A stretch of DNA of 64,000 nucleotides from a virus (IMGVR_UViG_3300044982_000010:145-64144), one strand, 5' to 3'. Numbered from the stretch's first letter, positions 54,415 through 63,665 are shown. Made by a program: numbers and translations. Notes: a model not told the origin generated them from the sequence alone.

Positions 54415-56948
54415 TGTGGCCCTCCTCCTATCGGCGCACCGCCGCCGTAGTTCGGATTGACTGTATTTGTTCTTGGTCCTTGATCGCGGTTTACGCCCAT
54501 CGGGCCTTGCGGCTGACCGGGCGGCGGTTGGGGGGGTCCGCCGCCACCCGGCGCACCGCCCGGTGGACGGCCAGCTTGCGGTGAGCCGGGCTGTCCACCT
54601 TGTGCAGGCGGTCCATTCGGCCCCATTGCATGGCCGACCATGCCCTGCTGCTCGGCCATCGCTTGGGCCTGCTTTTCCTTCTGATCCATCTCTTGCTCGG
54701 AAGGAACGATATTCTCGCCCGGCAGACCGATCTCGGTGGCGACGTTTCTCAAGACTTGGGCGCGGCCCTTCGGCCCAATGATCTGCATGTCAATCGGGTT
54801 AGCGGTCAACTGGAGGAACTCAAGCTGACGGGCGCGTTGCGTCTCACGTTGCTGAGCCACTGCCACGCCCAGCACCCTGATCTTCTCTTCGCCCGTCAGC
54901 AAGCCGTCCGTGTCGGTCAGCATCACCATATCCAGAAGCCCGTTCAACACCCCATCGATGACATCCCTATCGATGTTCGACGCCACCGTCTGGAGTATCT
55001 TGGACGAGTTCTGCATCAGCATCGACAGCCCGCTCGCCGTGCGGCCTAAGCCACCGGCAGGCGGGTTGCCGGTCATGAACTTCGGGATCGCTGAGTGTTC
55101 ATCAGCCAGACCAGAGAACGCCATATAGACTTGAAGAAGCTCCTGAGAGTTCGACGCCGGGGAGAAAAACTCGACGGCTTTCTCGGTGTTGTTCCCGAAC
55201 GGATCAGATTTGACATGCCAGCGCTTCCACGGGTACATGGCTTCGCCGTCCTCGCCATCCGAGAGACGGTCGTCGTTGATCACCGCTTGTGGGCCAGAAG
55301 AGATCGAGAGGTTATTGACCAGCGCCCTCAAGGTGGCGTTCATCACACTGGCGATATCGCTCAGCAGATCGGGAAGCCCGTTCCCACATGGATTGCCCGG
55401 CACCTTCTCGAAAGAAGTCAGATAGTAATTGTGACGCTTACGCGGAGAAAGCGCTAGCTGGACCTTGATAATGTGCCTGCCAATAAGCCACGCGTTGATG
55501 AAATAGTCTCTAAGCGGATCGGGTATGCTGGCGGGGTCCATGCCGATCTCCAAAAGGTATCGGCCTTGGCAATTCCCTTGGAACTCTAAGCATGCGATAA
55601 GACCACTCTGGTTGAACCTTGGGTCTTCACGACTTTCAAGAATGGCGCGCTCAGCATCCGTTTGGTCCCAGTTATCGACCAAACCGCCTCGACCATATTC
55701 GTCAAGGACCGCTCGCACCTCATCGGTGTTGAAGCCCGGCAGGTCCAAGAGGTCGTTAATTTCAGATCGAGTAAGACGCGAGCGCTGGATGATGTTGGCA
55801 TCGGCTATGTCCGATACGCCGGGGGTCCAATAAATGTCGAATGGCGATACCCGCTCCCAGCATAGCATCGGCATGTCCACAACTTGTGGCTTAGCGATCT
55901 GCGGTTGTTTGGGAGGGTTACTCGCCTGAGTAAGTGGGCCACCCATCGGCCCCTGAGTGGAAGGCGCACTGGGGCCGGGCAACGCCTGTTGCGGTTGCCC
56001 CGACCACGGCGCTTGATCTTTCGACCATTTGACTTGGGTCTTGATGCGGACGGTCGGGCCTTTGATACACGCATACGGAAAAAGCGGAAGGTCCACCAAG
56101 AACTCTGCTAGTGCAGTGTAGAAACCCCCTTGAGCAAGATGTTCCTGTAGTTTGTCCTCCGCGATCTTTGCTTGTTGCACCGCCTTGCGCTTAGCTTGTT
56201 CTTTGGCATCCTCCATCATCGCATCGTAGACATCTCTGACTGCGGAGGGATCGGGTAGAGGTGGAGGCGGGGGAGGGGGAGGCAGGCCCGCACCGGGACC
56301 GGGAGGCGCAGGTATGCCCGGAGGTATAGCCCCAGCATGTGCGCCCTGAGACGGCCCCGACGCGTGCGAGGGTATACTGGCGTCAATGAAACTTGGATGT
56401 ATACCGGCTTGCTGTCCATAGGCATGCGCCGCCGCCGTTCCGATCTGGTGCGCCGCTTGGGCTTGGGCTGCTTGGAAGTGCGCTTGTACCGCTTGTTGCA
56501 CAGTCTCTGAGATGTGCTGACCAATCGCCTGAATGATCTCAGGCGGCACTTCCGGGTCGCTGCTCGGCTCAATCCCCCACGGGCGATCGGTGCCTAGGTA
56601 GACATCTCGCAGTAGGGAACTTGTTCCCCTACACTTCATCGCGATGGTGCGGGCGTACACGTTCGAGCCGCCGAAGCGCTTGATCTCTTCGATCACGTTC
56701 GACTCGTACACCCCGTCGAACGCTCTTAACGCAGCGAGCAACCGATCCGACCAGCCACGACCGACAGTATCGCGGTGTCGTCGCATCAGCGTATATTGAT
56801 CAGTGACGAAACCGGCGAGGCCCTGCGGGGGTGCGCTCTCAGGTGGCGCGTACGCCTGTGCGCGTGCCGCGTCCATCACTTGTTGAGCCTGCGCTGTGCC
56901 GTCCCGCCCTACGACGCGCAAAGCCGGTGCGCCCGGCAGCGCCGCCAT
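54411..56948 (-). CDS. Portal protein
   Basis: ERVSPFDIYW, G.GLPDLL.D...NA..RALVNN.S..SGPQ, RTASGLSML; likely start MAALPG. Confidence 0.85.
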   Translation of the reverse strand: MAALPGAPALRVVGRDGTAQAQQVMDAARAQAYAPPESAPPQGLAGFVTDQYTLMRRHRDTVGRGWSDRLLAALRAFDGVYESNVIEEIKRFGGSNVYARTIAMKCRGTSSLLRDVYLGTDRPWGIEPSSDPEVPPEIIQAIGQHISETVQQAVQAHFQAAQAQAAHQIGTAAAHAYGQQAGIHPSFIDASIPSHASGPSQGAHAGAIPPGIPAPPGPGAGLPPPPPPPPLPDPSAVRDVYDAMMEDAKEQAKRKAVQQAKIAEDKLQEHLAQGGFYTALAEFLVDLPLFPYACIKGPTVRIKTQVKWSKDQAPWSGQPQQALPGPSAPSTQGPMGGPLTQASNPPKQPQIAKPQVVDMPMLCWERVSPFDIYWTPGVSDIADANIIQRSRLTRSEINDLLDLPGFNTDEVRAVLDEYGRGGLVDNWDQTDAERAILESREDPRFNQSGLIACLEFQGNCQGRYLLEIGMDPASIPDPLRDYFINAWLIGRHIIKVQLALSPRKRHNYYLTSFEKVPGNPCGNGLPDLLSDIASVMNATLRALVNNLSISSGPQAVINDDRLSDGEDGEAMYPWKRWHVKSDPFGNNTEKAVEFFSPASNSQELLQVYMAFSGLADEHSAIPKFMTGNPPAGGLGRTASGLSMLMQNSSKILQTVASNIDRDVIDGVLNGLLDMVMLTDTDGLLTGEEKIRVLGVAVAQQRETQRARQLEFLQLTANPIDMQIIGPKGRAQVLRNVATEIGLPGENIVPSEQEMDQKEKQAQAMAEQQGMVGHAMGPNGPPAQGGQPGSPQAGRPPGGAPGGGGPPQPPPGQPQGPMGVNRDQGPRTNTVNPNYGGGAPIGGGPQ

Positions 56949-56989
56949 CCCTCGCTGTCCTTGTACCCACTTGCCACGGTAACATAAGA

Positions 56990-57018
56990 GGTATACCATG
57001 CTCACATAACACTGTCAA
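56990..57018 (-). promoter_or_regulatory. Promoter for the portal/structural operon
   Basis: Minus-strand TTGACA(57018-57013)-17 bp-TATACC(56995-56990). Confidence 0.65.
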
Positions 57019-57032
57019 GTAGGGTGTGAAAA

Positions 57033-57566
57033 ATGTTTAATTTGACAGCGGACGACGAGCAACGGCTGCGCGCACTCGCTGCCGGATTAGCCAAGGATAT
57101 GGAAGACACCGACAAGCTGCTGGAGCGACTCGGGTTTACACGCGAAGACTACAACGAACTGGCGGAAACCCGCGCGTTCAAGACTGTCCTCAATCAAGCC
57201 CTGAGCGAATGGGAGGGCGCGAGCAACACGCATAAAAGAATACGCCTGAAAGCAGCGACCAACATCGAGCAGGCTCTCCCCCATTTTTTCCACGCCATGA
57301 CCGACGACAAAGAGCCGTTAAGCTCGCGGGTGAAAGCGTTCGAGATCGTCGCCCGCGTCGGCAACCTCGGCAACCCGGACGTGATCCCACCGGGCGGGGG
57401 CCAGTTCTTCAAGCTGGAGATCAACCTCGGCGGCGGTCGCGCGCCACTGGTGTTCGACAACGTGACGGACACACTGACGGATATTGAATCGGGGGTCGAG
57501 ACTTACTCACCTGAGTTACCCCAGATCAGCCGGGCATGGACCGGCAGGGAGAGGGAGCCGCTATGA
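57033..57566 (+). CDS. Hypothetical protein, possibly terminase small subunit-like
   Basis: Helical N-terminus and C-terminal F.LEINLG strand; lies between TerL and portal but on the opposite strand. Confidence 0.5.
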   Translation: MFNLTADDEQRLRALAAGLAKDMEDTDKLLERLGFTREDYNELAETRAFKTVLNQALSEWEGASNTHKRIRLKAATNIEQALPHFFHAMTDDKEPLSSRVKAFEIVARVGNLGNPDVIPPGGGQFFKLEINLGGGRAPLVFDNVTDTLTDIESGVETYSPELPQISRAWTGREREPL

Positions 57567-57880
57567 TGGACAATAAGCCCGAACTGAAGACGATCCCCCG
57601 CGTCCTAGACCCCAATCAGAAGCTGATCAACCTCGTGCGGGAAGTTCTCAAGGACGCCAAGGAGGGCAAAATCCACGCTCTCGGCATTGCGGTCGGAAGA
57701 GTGGATGACAACGCTGGCTCCGACAACGGGCGCTGCACCGAAACAATATGCGCTGCGTCTGACGGCTGGCTTCATACGCTGGCCACGGCAGTGAACGGAT
57801 TGGCGTTTCGGATGAACTACGAGCGCTACAGCCAAGGCAGCAAGCTGCCGGTGGCGGAAATGGACGACAAGGATGAGTGA
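57563..57880 (+). CDS. Hypothetical protein
   Basis: L.EVL.DAKEGKI..L.IAV; coupled start. Confidence 0.6.
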   Translation: MMDNKPELKTIPRVLDPNQKLINLVREVLKDAKEGKIHALGIAVGRVDDNAGSDNGRCTETICAASDGWLHTLATAVNGLAFRMNYERYSQGSKLPVAEMDDKDE

Positions 57881-58166
57881 GTTTCACGTCGGTGATCGTG
57901 TGATCAAGCGCGGCGAAGATAGCCAGTTTGAGGGCGAGGTGGTGGCGCTGTTCACCAAGCGCAACGGCAAAACCCTGCGCTACGTGATCGAGAACGACGA
58001 CGGCGTGCTGCATATCGCCGGGCCGAAGCAACTGCACTGGATCGCCAAAGGCTTTATCGTCACGTCCACGCTAGCGAAGAAATTGGGCGTCGAACCGGAC
58101 GAGGGGGTCGCAACCGGCTCACCACACGCCCCAGCACCCACGCATAAGCCCCTTGGTTGCCGGTGA
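57873..58166 (+). CDS. Small SH3/KOW-like hypothetical protein
   Basis: FHVGDRV.K.G....FEG.VV..F......RYV.E...G.LHI. Confidence 0.65.
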   Translation: MSEFHVGDRVIKRGEDSQFEGEVVALFTKRNGKTLRYVIENDDGVLHIAGPKQLHWIAKGFIVTSTLAKKLGVEPDEGVATGSPHAPAPTHKPLGCR

Positions 58167-59604
58167 CCAAGCAGGCATACTGAAGACAGTCCGCGACATC
58201 GCTCCACGGATGAAGTTTCTCAGGCACGGTTTTTTGGTACGTGCCGCCCGACTTATCCTGATCCACTTCAAACTTATACTGCCCGTTCAAGGCCGAGACG
58301 AGGGTGGGACATCGTGTCCCGTCGATCAGTATGGCGGGTCCACCCGCGACGTTGCGCCCGAAGAAGCTCTCCACCCCTCGTATGCGCGGGTCAAGGTCGT
58401 TGGTCGGCGCTGGCTCGGCGTTCAACCCGCACCCTTTCAGGAGATCAAACGCGTTCATCTCAAACAGGCTGTCTCGGGCCATGCCGGTCGGGTCGCCCAC
58501 CAGCACGACGGGACGGCCAGCGTAGCGTTGCTGGATCAGCACCGGGATCAGGTTTTGCCTGATGTGAAGCTGTAAGCCGATGTTGTCGCCGGTCGGCCCA
58601 CGCCCCGGAATTTCTTCTAGGACCAAGAGGCGACCAGAGTGGTCGAGTTGAGTGATGAGCGACCACGGCGACCGCCCGAAATCCTGCCCCACCACAAGCA
58701 TGCGGCTATACACAGGGTCCAGAGGAGTGGGGCTGACATGGTAGTCATATTTGAAGCTCTCCGCGAACACCGCCGCGCCGGATGGATCGCGCCCGAACTG
58801 CGACCACACATACCTCCTGATGTAGTCAGGCGAGCCAACGCTCAAGAGCCGGTTGTAGTATCCCATGCCCTGCTGGATGCGGCGCGGGTCGTTCTCGTCC
58901 AAGAGCATCGTCTCGGCGGTCTGATTGAGATGGGCAAGGTTTTCCGCCCCGTCGATCTGCTCCCCGGTCACCGGGTCAAAGCTGGGGTAGACATGCCCGC
59001 CCGGCTGATGGAACACCTGCCACTCGGGCGGCGGCTTGTCGAGGAAATTCGCCCACGGCGTATGAATGATCGGGGCGTTGGTGTCCATCCAGATGCCTGA
59101 CCACGTGCAGGCCCCGAACTCGTTATTGGGATAACGCCCGACGCGCCCGGCGATATCGCTGAGCAGATCAATGTCAGTCTCGATGCACTCGTTGACGTAC
59201 GCCGCCGTAAGTTGCAAGCTCAAGAGCCGCTTCACGTCGTCAGGCTCATCCAACGGGATGAACGGCCATTCGGACACCACATCGCCGTACTCGATGTACA
59301 ACGTACTTTCCGACACTTTCCAGTCCGCCAAGCACCCAAACCAGCCGCGCACGTCCTTGAGGACCGTGGCTTTTGCGTCCTTCAGGCTCTGTCGGATGAT
59401 CGCGATGCGGGAATAGCGCCTGCCATCGGCATGGGAGGGGGCCTGCTCGGCCATCCTCCGGGCGGCCTCCACGATGCACGCGGTGGTCTTGCCTGATCCG
59501 ACCGGACCCCAGATCAGCCGTCCAAACGCACTAGACTGAAGGAACGAGGAGATGGTGGGCGGGGCGTTATAGGTCCACTGCTGCCGTACTGATCCAGTTC
59601 GCAT
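58060..59604 (-). CDS. terL: Terminase large subunit
   Basis: GPVGSGKT Walker A, YVNE, DTN.P; nuclease GQDFG, GDP.G, H.WSDVADCLQY. Confidence 0.92.
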   Translation of the reverse strand: MRTGSVRQQWTYNAPPTISSFLQSSAFGRLIWGPVGSGKTTACIVEAARRMAEQAPSHADGRRYSRIAIIRQSLKDAKATVLKDVRGWFGCLADWKVSESTLYIEYGDVVSEWPFIPLDEPDDVKRLLSLQLTAAYVNECIETDIDLLSDIAGRVGRYPNNEFGACTWSGIWMDTNAPIIHTPWANFLDKPPPEWQVFHQPGGHVYPSFDPVTGEQIDGAENLAHLNQTAETMLLDENDPRRIQQGMGYYNRLLSVGSPDYIRRYVWSQFGRDPSGAAVFAESFKYDYHVSPTPLDPVYSRMLVVGQDFGRSPWSLITQLDHSGRLLVLEEIPGRGPTGDNIGLQLHIRQNLIPVLIQQRYAGRPVVLVGDPTGMARDSLFEMNAFDLLKGCGLNAEPAPTNDLDPRIRGVESFFGRNVAGGPAILIDGTRCPTLVSALNGQYKFEVDQDKSGGTYQKTVPEKLHPWSDVADCLQYACLVTGNQGAYAWVLGRVVSRLRPPRPVRRPISSLAWT

Positions 59605-59703
59605 TCGCTTGCCACGTCTTTCTCGTTCTCCCCCACCCCTTAATCCCCCACCCCTTAATCCGGCAGGGTAAGGTTTAACTTCAAGCCTTCAGAACGAAAG
59701 TTA

Positions 59704-59746
59704 CCCCCAGCCCAAGGGACAGACATCTTGGGACTGGGGGTTTTTT
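59704..59746 (+). terminator. Hairpin with + strand U-tract in the terL leader
   Basis: CCCCCAGCCCAAG...CTTGGGACTGGGGG-TTTTTT. Confidence 0.55.
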
Positions 59747-59821
59747 GCCGCAAGGGTCTTTTGTGATTGCACCCTTGGTGTTCCCTTCGCCCGTGGCAGG
59801 AGCGCGAGTCCACTAATCCTG

Positions 59822-59850
59822 ATTATAGTATGGCGCATGTTGTTTGTCAA
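59822..59850 (-). promoter_or_regulatory. Consensus sigma70 promoter upstream of terL
   Basis: Minus-strand TTGACA(59850-59845)-17 bp-TATAAT(59827-59822). Confidence 0.85.
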
Positions 59851-60120
59851 GAGGCTAGGATGCTTTGGAGTGACTTACTCACATGAGTTTGAAGACTTGA
59901 GGGCGGGTTCGGCTTTACTGTATTTACTTGGTGAATACTTGTCAAGTCGGTCTTCTGGCTACGATATATCGTAAACTCATATCGATGGGTGGTATTCATA
60001 TTGTACAGTGGGGGAGTGTGCGATGTTCCCTGACCCAATATTTTGTGCGTTCACCTAAACGCGCCCACCCCGGTGCCACCCCCCGGTCCAGATGGGGTGG
60101 CCACCCCCTGCTTCCCCCCA

Positions 60121-60478
60121 GAGTAGGCTACGAGGTGGAAACACGTAAAGCCGCAGTATCCGGCGAAACCTCGGAGACGACCCCTCCACGGGCAGGGTTC
60201 GCGGCGCTAGTGCGCTAAGTCGGTGCGTCCGACGAATGTCACTCAGGGGAGTTAGAAAACGGTGGAGCGCCACCCCTGAAACAACAATGATCTACGCCCA
60301 TGCCTTGTCCAACGATAAGCTGAGAATGGTGCAAATTCCCACGGTAAGCGGATGATGACAAACAAGGCATGACGATGGAAGTGACCAGCCCCGATTAGTT
60401 AGCGAGGGCGGATCGTGAGACATCGTGAAGAGTAACTGTGAGGCGGCGCGGCTTAACCGCGCCGCCTTCAGTTGTTCT
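60121..60478 (+). ncRNA. Candidate structured non-coding RNA
   Basis: Nested stems, a GAAA tetraloop and a closing GC hairpin; no convincing ORF. Confidence 0.35.
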
Positions 60479-60528
60479 TCCAAGCTAACTCACGTGAGTT
60501 AGTTTCGAGGAACAACTGGAGAAAGCTC

Positions 60529-60768
60529 ATGAAAATCCACAAAGGTATGGTGAACGCCAGAGTAGTCACGCAAGTGACCGCTCACTATCGCCATGCGGTC
60601 TATCAGACGCAAGACGCGACAGGAACACTTCCTGCGTTTGGCGTGCAACACGTCATGCCCGCGCGTGCAGTGAACACGATACACATTCCGACTGCAACCG
60701 AGTCCGCACGTAAGTGCAAACTCGTAAAGTCGGGTGGCAAGCTCGTTCGTCGGGTGACCTACCGATGA
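60529..60768 (+). CDS. Hypothetical early protein
   Basis: GGAG RBS before ATG 60529. Confidence 0.5.
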   Translation: MKIHKGMVNARVVTQVTAHYRHAVYQTQDATGTLPAFGVQHVMPARAVNTIHIPTATESARKCKLVKSGGKLVRRVTYR

Positions 60769-61113
60769 ACGACGCGCCCAATCGTGAACAGGAAGAGTTG
60801 GAGCGCTACGACGCGCTTCAACGCTGGCTTGACGCGCAAATTGCGCGCTGAACACCGGCATGAGGGTGATTTCTGTAAATCTCCCTCATTCCAGTATTCA
60901 GTTAAGGCATAATTTCGGGTTATGAGAACCCGGCAGGGAAAAGTGTCAGTTATCACTGAGACTTAGCACATATGAGTGTGTAATTCATTATTCATATATA
61001 TATATAAAGACCCTAGGCAAAATTTTTTGCTTATGGGCCTACGGCATGGGGCGCGTAACTCACGCGAGTAACCTCCCTAGAGCTTTCATTGCGCTGGCGA
61101 TAATGAATTAGCG

Positions 61114-61126
61114 TAAGTCATTGATA
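61114..61126 (-). promoter_or_regulatory. IHF consensus site
   Basis: Minus-strand TATCAATGACTTA matches WATCAANNNNTTR; next to an AT-rich tract. Confidence 0.5.
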
Positions 61127-61181
61127 TCGTTACACATTCAGCTCATGGTTGTAATGAATAAGCCATGCAATCGCTGGTTAG

Positions 61182-61210
61182 TTGATATATACAGTAGTTG
61201 TGTATACACT
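61182..61210 (+). promoter_or_regulatory. Early sigma70-type promoter
   Basis: TTGATA-17 bp-TACACT, then AGGAG and ATG 61236. Confidence 0.65.
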
Positions 61211-61235
61211 ACTCATGTACACAGGAGTTGTATAC

Positions 61236-61442
61236 ATGAAAACCAATCCACGCTTAGTGTTGTCCCGCATGTACGTTGACGCTCAACGCCTGAAGGCTTG
61301 GGCGGACGATAGCGGTTCGACTAAACAGCAACAGCTTGCTGACTTCTTTGTCCAAGCTCTGTTCCGTCTATGCGCTACAGATACGTTCCCTTTAACCAAC
61401 AACATGGAGAGTGATGACAATGCTGAACATAAGCTACCGTAA
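61236..61442 (+). CDS. Hypothetical early protein
   Basis: AGGAG RBS. Confidence 0.55.
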   Translation: MKTNPRLVLSRMYVDAQRLKAWADDSGSTKQQQLADFFVQALFRLCATDTFPLTNNMESDDNAEHKLP

Positions 61443-61605
61443 GGTGGGCGGACTTCGGTTCGTTAAGATCGGACGCCTCACCTTCATGTGGTGCGTGTCG
61501 CGCAGGTACTCGCAAGCTCGCAGCAAACCTCTCCATGCCGGATCGCGGCGGCGCACCCAGCGCGCACAACCCGTGCAACCTCTCTTGTTGACGGGACTCA
61601 GGTGA
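61411..61605 (+). CDS. Small basic early protein
   Basis: GGAG RBS; ISYRKVGGLRFVKIGRL. Confidence 0.55.
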   Translation: MMTMLNISYRKVGGLRFVKIGRLTFMWCVSRRYSQARSKPLHAGSRRRTQRAQPVQPLLLTGLR

Positions 61606-61699
61606 GTAAGCTCGACGCCCTTCTCATCATCGCGCTCGTGGTGTTCTGCATCATGCCATGCGGCGCTGTTCTCCTCGATGCACTGGGAGTTCTACCGTA

Positions 61700-61975
61700 A
61701 TGTATCGAACCACCAATCCGCCCGGCATTGGCATACGCGGGCGCACTAACAACGGACGCGCGGCGTGCTGGGCGCTCATGCTCATGGACAAGCGCATCGA
61801 ACTGCCTGTTCACACCGACTGGTGGATGCGCGGCGCGCGCTACGGCAAGGTGACATCCATCGGCAAGGATGCGCGCTGGGTCTATGTCAAGCTCGACGCG
61901 CTGCCCACTAAGCACAAGCGCATCAAGCTGTGGGCCATCGACTACGAGTACGCTAAGATCAACCCCGCGCTCTAA
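61700..61975 (+). CDS. Hypothetical early protein
   Basis: RIELPVHTDWWMRGARYGKVT.IG; GGGAG upstream. Confidence 0.6.
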   Translation: MYRTTNPPGIGIRGRTNNGRAACWALMLMDKRIELPVHTDWWMRGARYGKVTSIGKDARWVYVKLDALPTKHKRIKLWAIDYEYAKINPAL

Positions 61976-62133
61976 TACTGAGCGCGCTCACACACCACAG
62001 GAGGTTGCCATGCAACCCGCGCACTAAACATGCGCGCGACAGCAAGAGCGTAACTCAGCATTGATAGCGTCCACGTCGGCACGAGCAGTCGAATGGGCGC
62101 TATCAGTAGTGAGTTAACTCAGGAGAGTAAGAT

Positions 62134-62343
62134 ATGCGCACAATGCCGAAGCGCGCAACCAAGCGCGAGCTACCCACGGATGGCACGGTGCTGGTGATCA
62201 ACGACAGTCGTGACGCCACACAGGACTATTACCTGCCCGCCGAGCGCGCCGAGCGCCTGTTCGACATGGGCAAGCTTTGCATGGTCATGGTCTACTCAGG
62301 CAAGTGGGACTATGCAACCGCCGATGGGCATAAGGTATACTGA
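62134..62343 (+). CDS. Hypothetical early protein
   Basis: RBS from the palindrome at 62115. Confidence 0.65.
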   Translation: MRTMPKRATKRELPTDGTVLVINDSRDATQDYYLPAERAERLFDMGKLCMVMVYSGKWDYATADGHKVY

Positions 62344-62450
62344 GCAACCCAAAGGCGTAACAACCAGCGCAACTATCAACACGCGCGATATGTGTGCTGC
62401 GTATGCAAGTACACATACGCAATAAGTGTCATTTGGTGTAACTTTACCAC

Positions 62451-62479
62451 TTGACATGCGCTATCAGGCGTGCCATCAT
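62451..62479 (+). promoter_or_regulatory. Possible promoter
   Basis: TTGACA-17 bp-CATCAT. Confidence 0.5.
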
Positions 62480-62564
62480 TAACCCTTTCACTGCCGGTCT
62501 ACAAGACCAGTATGGATCACTGGTGACGAGTGTTTACAGTCACAGAAAGCACGAGGTATTGGAT

Positions 62565-63566
62565 ATGGCGCGTAAGGCATTGAATACCGGCAACGAGGTT
62601 GACGAGGCCGAAATTGTCACTGAGAACCCCGAGGCGGTCGTGGATCAGGAGTGGAACGCTGCCGATCCGGACGCGGCGGCGGTCGAACACGAGAGCGAAG
62701 TCACTCAGGAGAGTGAGGTGACTAACCCCGCTCCGACTGAGCAGGAGATCGCGGATCAGGAAGCCGCAGGCGTGAACGTCGATGCGGCCGACGCCAAGCG
62801 CACCACGGCTCGCCAGAAGAAGGCGCTGCTGAAGAAGATCGGTGACATTGGCGAGGCGTACGGCGCTGGTAAAACGTCGATGATCGAACTCGCTCAAGAA
62901 GTGACCGAGGCGGCCGTCAACAAGACCGTGGGCGAGAGCGATGCCGAGGACTTATACAAGACCTTCAAGGCTCGCGCCGACAAGCGCTCCACCATTGCCG
63001 CCGAGAATGGCGGCGTCGTGGTACCTGACGAGGTGGCCGTGATCGGCTCGCTCGATCAGCAGGTCAGCAAGGTGCGGACGTTCATCAAGCTGGGCAACAC
63101 CTTCGATGACGGCGTCGATATCGTTGAGCGCGCCATCGCCGTTCACCTCGCGGCCAAGGCGGCGGCGAGCAATCCCAAGGCGGTGATGTCGGGATCGACC
63201 TACACCGTGATCGGCTCCATCGCCACCGAGCAACTCAAGGATAAGTGGGGCGGCGCGGCGATGAGCAACGCGCAAATGCACGAGCATATCGCTCGCAGCG
63301 TCACCGAGCAGGGTCCGCCGACAGGGGCGGACAAGGTGCGGCAGGCGCTCGACAGCGCGATCAGCGCACGCAAGGGCGCAAGCTCGCAGAAGTCGCATCG
63401 TCCTCCGGTCGAGAGCCAGCACTTGGACGACGCCATCGACGCGCTCTATCGGGCGCTGGGTGACGCCTCGCCAGCGGCTCAGGCGGCGTTCGACAAGGAG
63501 CAGGAAGACGCCAAGGCAAAAGCTGAGGCGGCGGAAGCGCGGAAGGCCAGCAAGAAGGCCGCGTAA
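62565..63566 (+). CDS. Hypothetical protein with acidic N-terminus and KAA-type basic tail; own transcription unit
   Basis: GAGG RBS before ATG 62565, with a promoter upstream and a terminator downstream. Confidence 0.8.
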   Translation: MARKALNTGNEVDEAEIVTENPEAVVDQEWNAADPDAAAVEHESEVTQESEVTNPAPTEQEIADQEAAGVNVDAADAKRTTARQKKALLKKIGDIGEAYGAGKTSMIELAQEVTEAAVNKTVGESDAEDLYKTFKARADKRSTIAAENGGVVVPDEVAVIGSLDQQVSKVRTFIKLGNTFDDGVDIVERAIAVHLAAKAAASNPKAVMSGSTYTVIGSIATEQLKDKWGGAAMSNAQMHEHIARSVTEQGPPTGADKVRQALDSAISARKGASSQKSHRPPVESQHLDDAIDALYRALGDASPAAQAAFDKEQEDAKAKAEAAEARKASKKAA

Positions 63567-63628
63567 CAACTTACTCGCAAGGGTAAAGAGTAACTCCGCG
63601 CTGCTCTCCCCAGACAGCGCGGGGCTTG

Positions 63629-63665
63629 CGCCGTCGCTTGGTTAATTCTAGGCGGCGGCGTTTTT
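63629..63665 (+). terminator. Intrinsic terminator
   Basis: CGCCGTCGCTTGG / CTAGGCGGCGGCG stem followed by TTTTT. Confidence 0.75.

Noticed and set aside
60486-60501. Calling the motif a canonical parS
   Set aside because: Only the central 8 bp of this copy match. The arms differ, the centre varies among copies and no ParA/ParB is recognisable.
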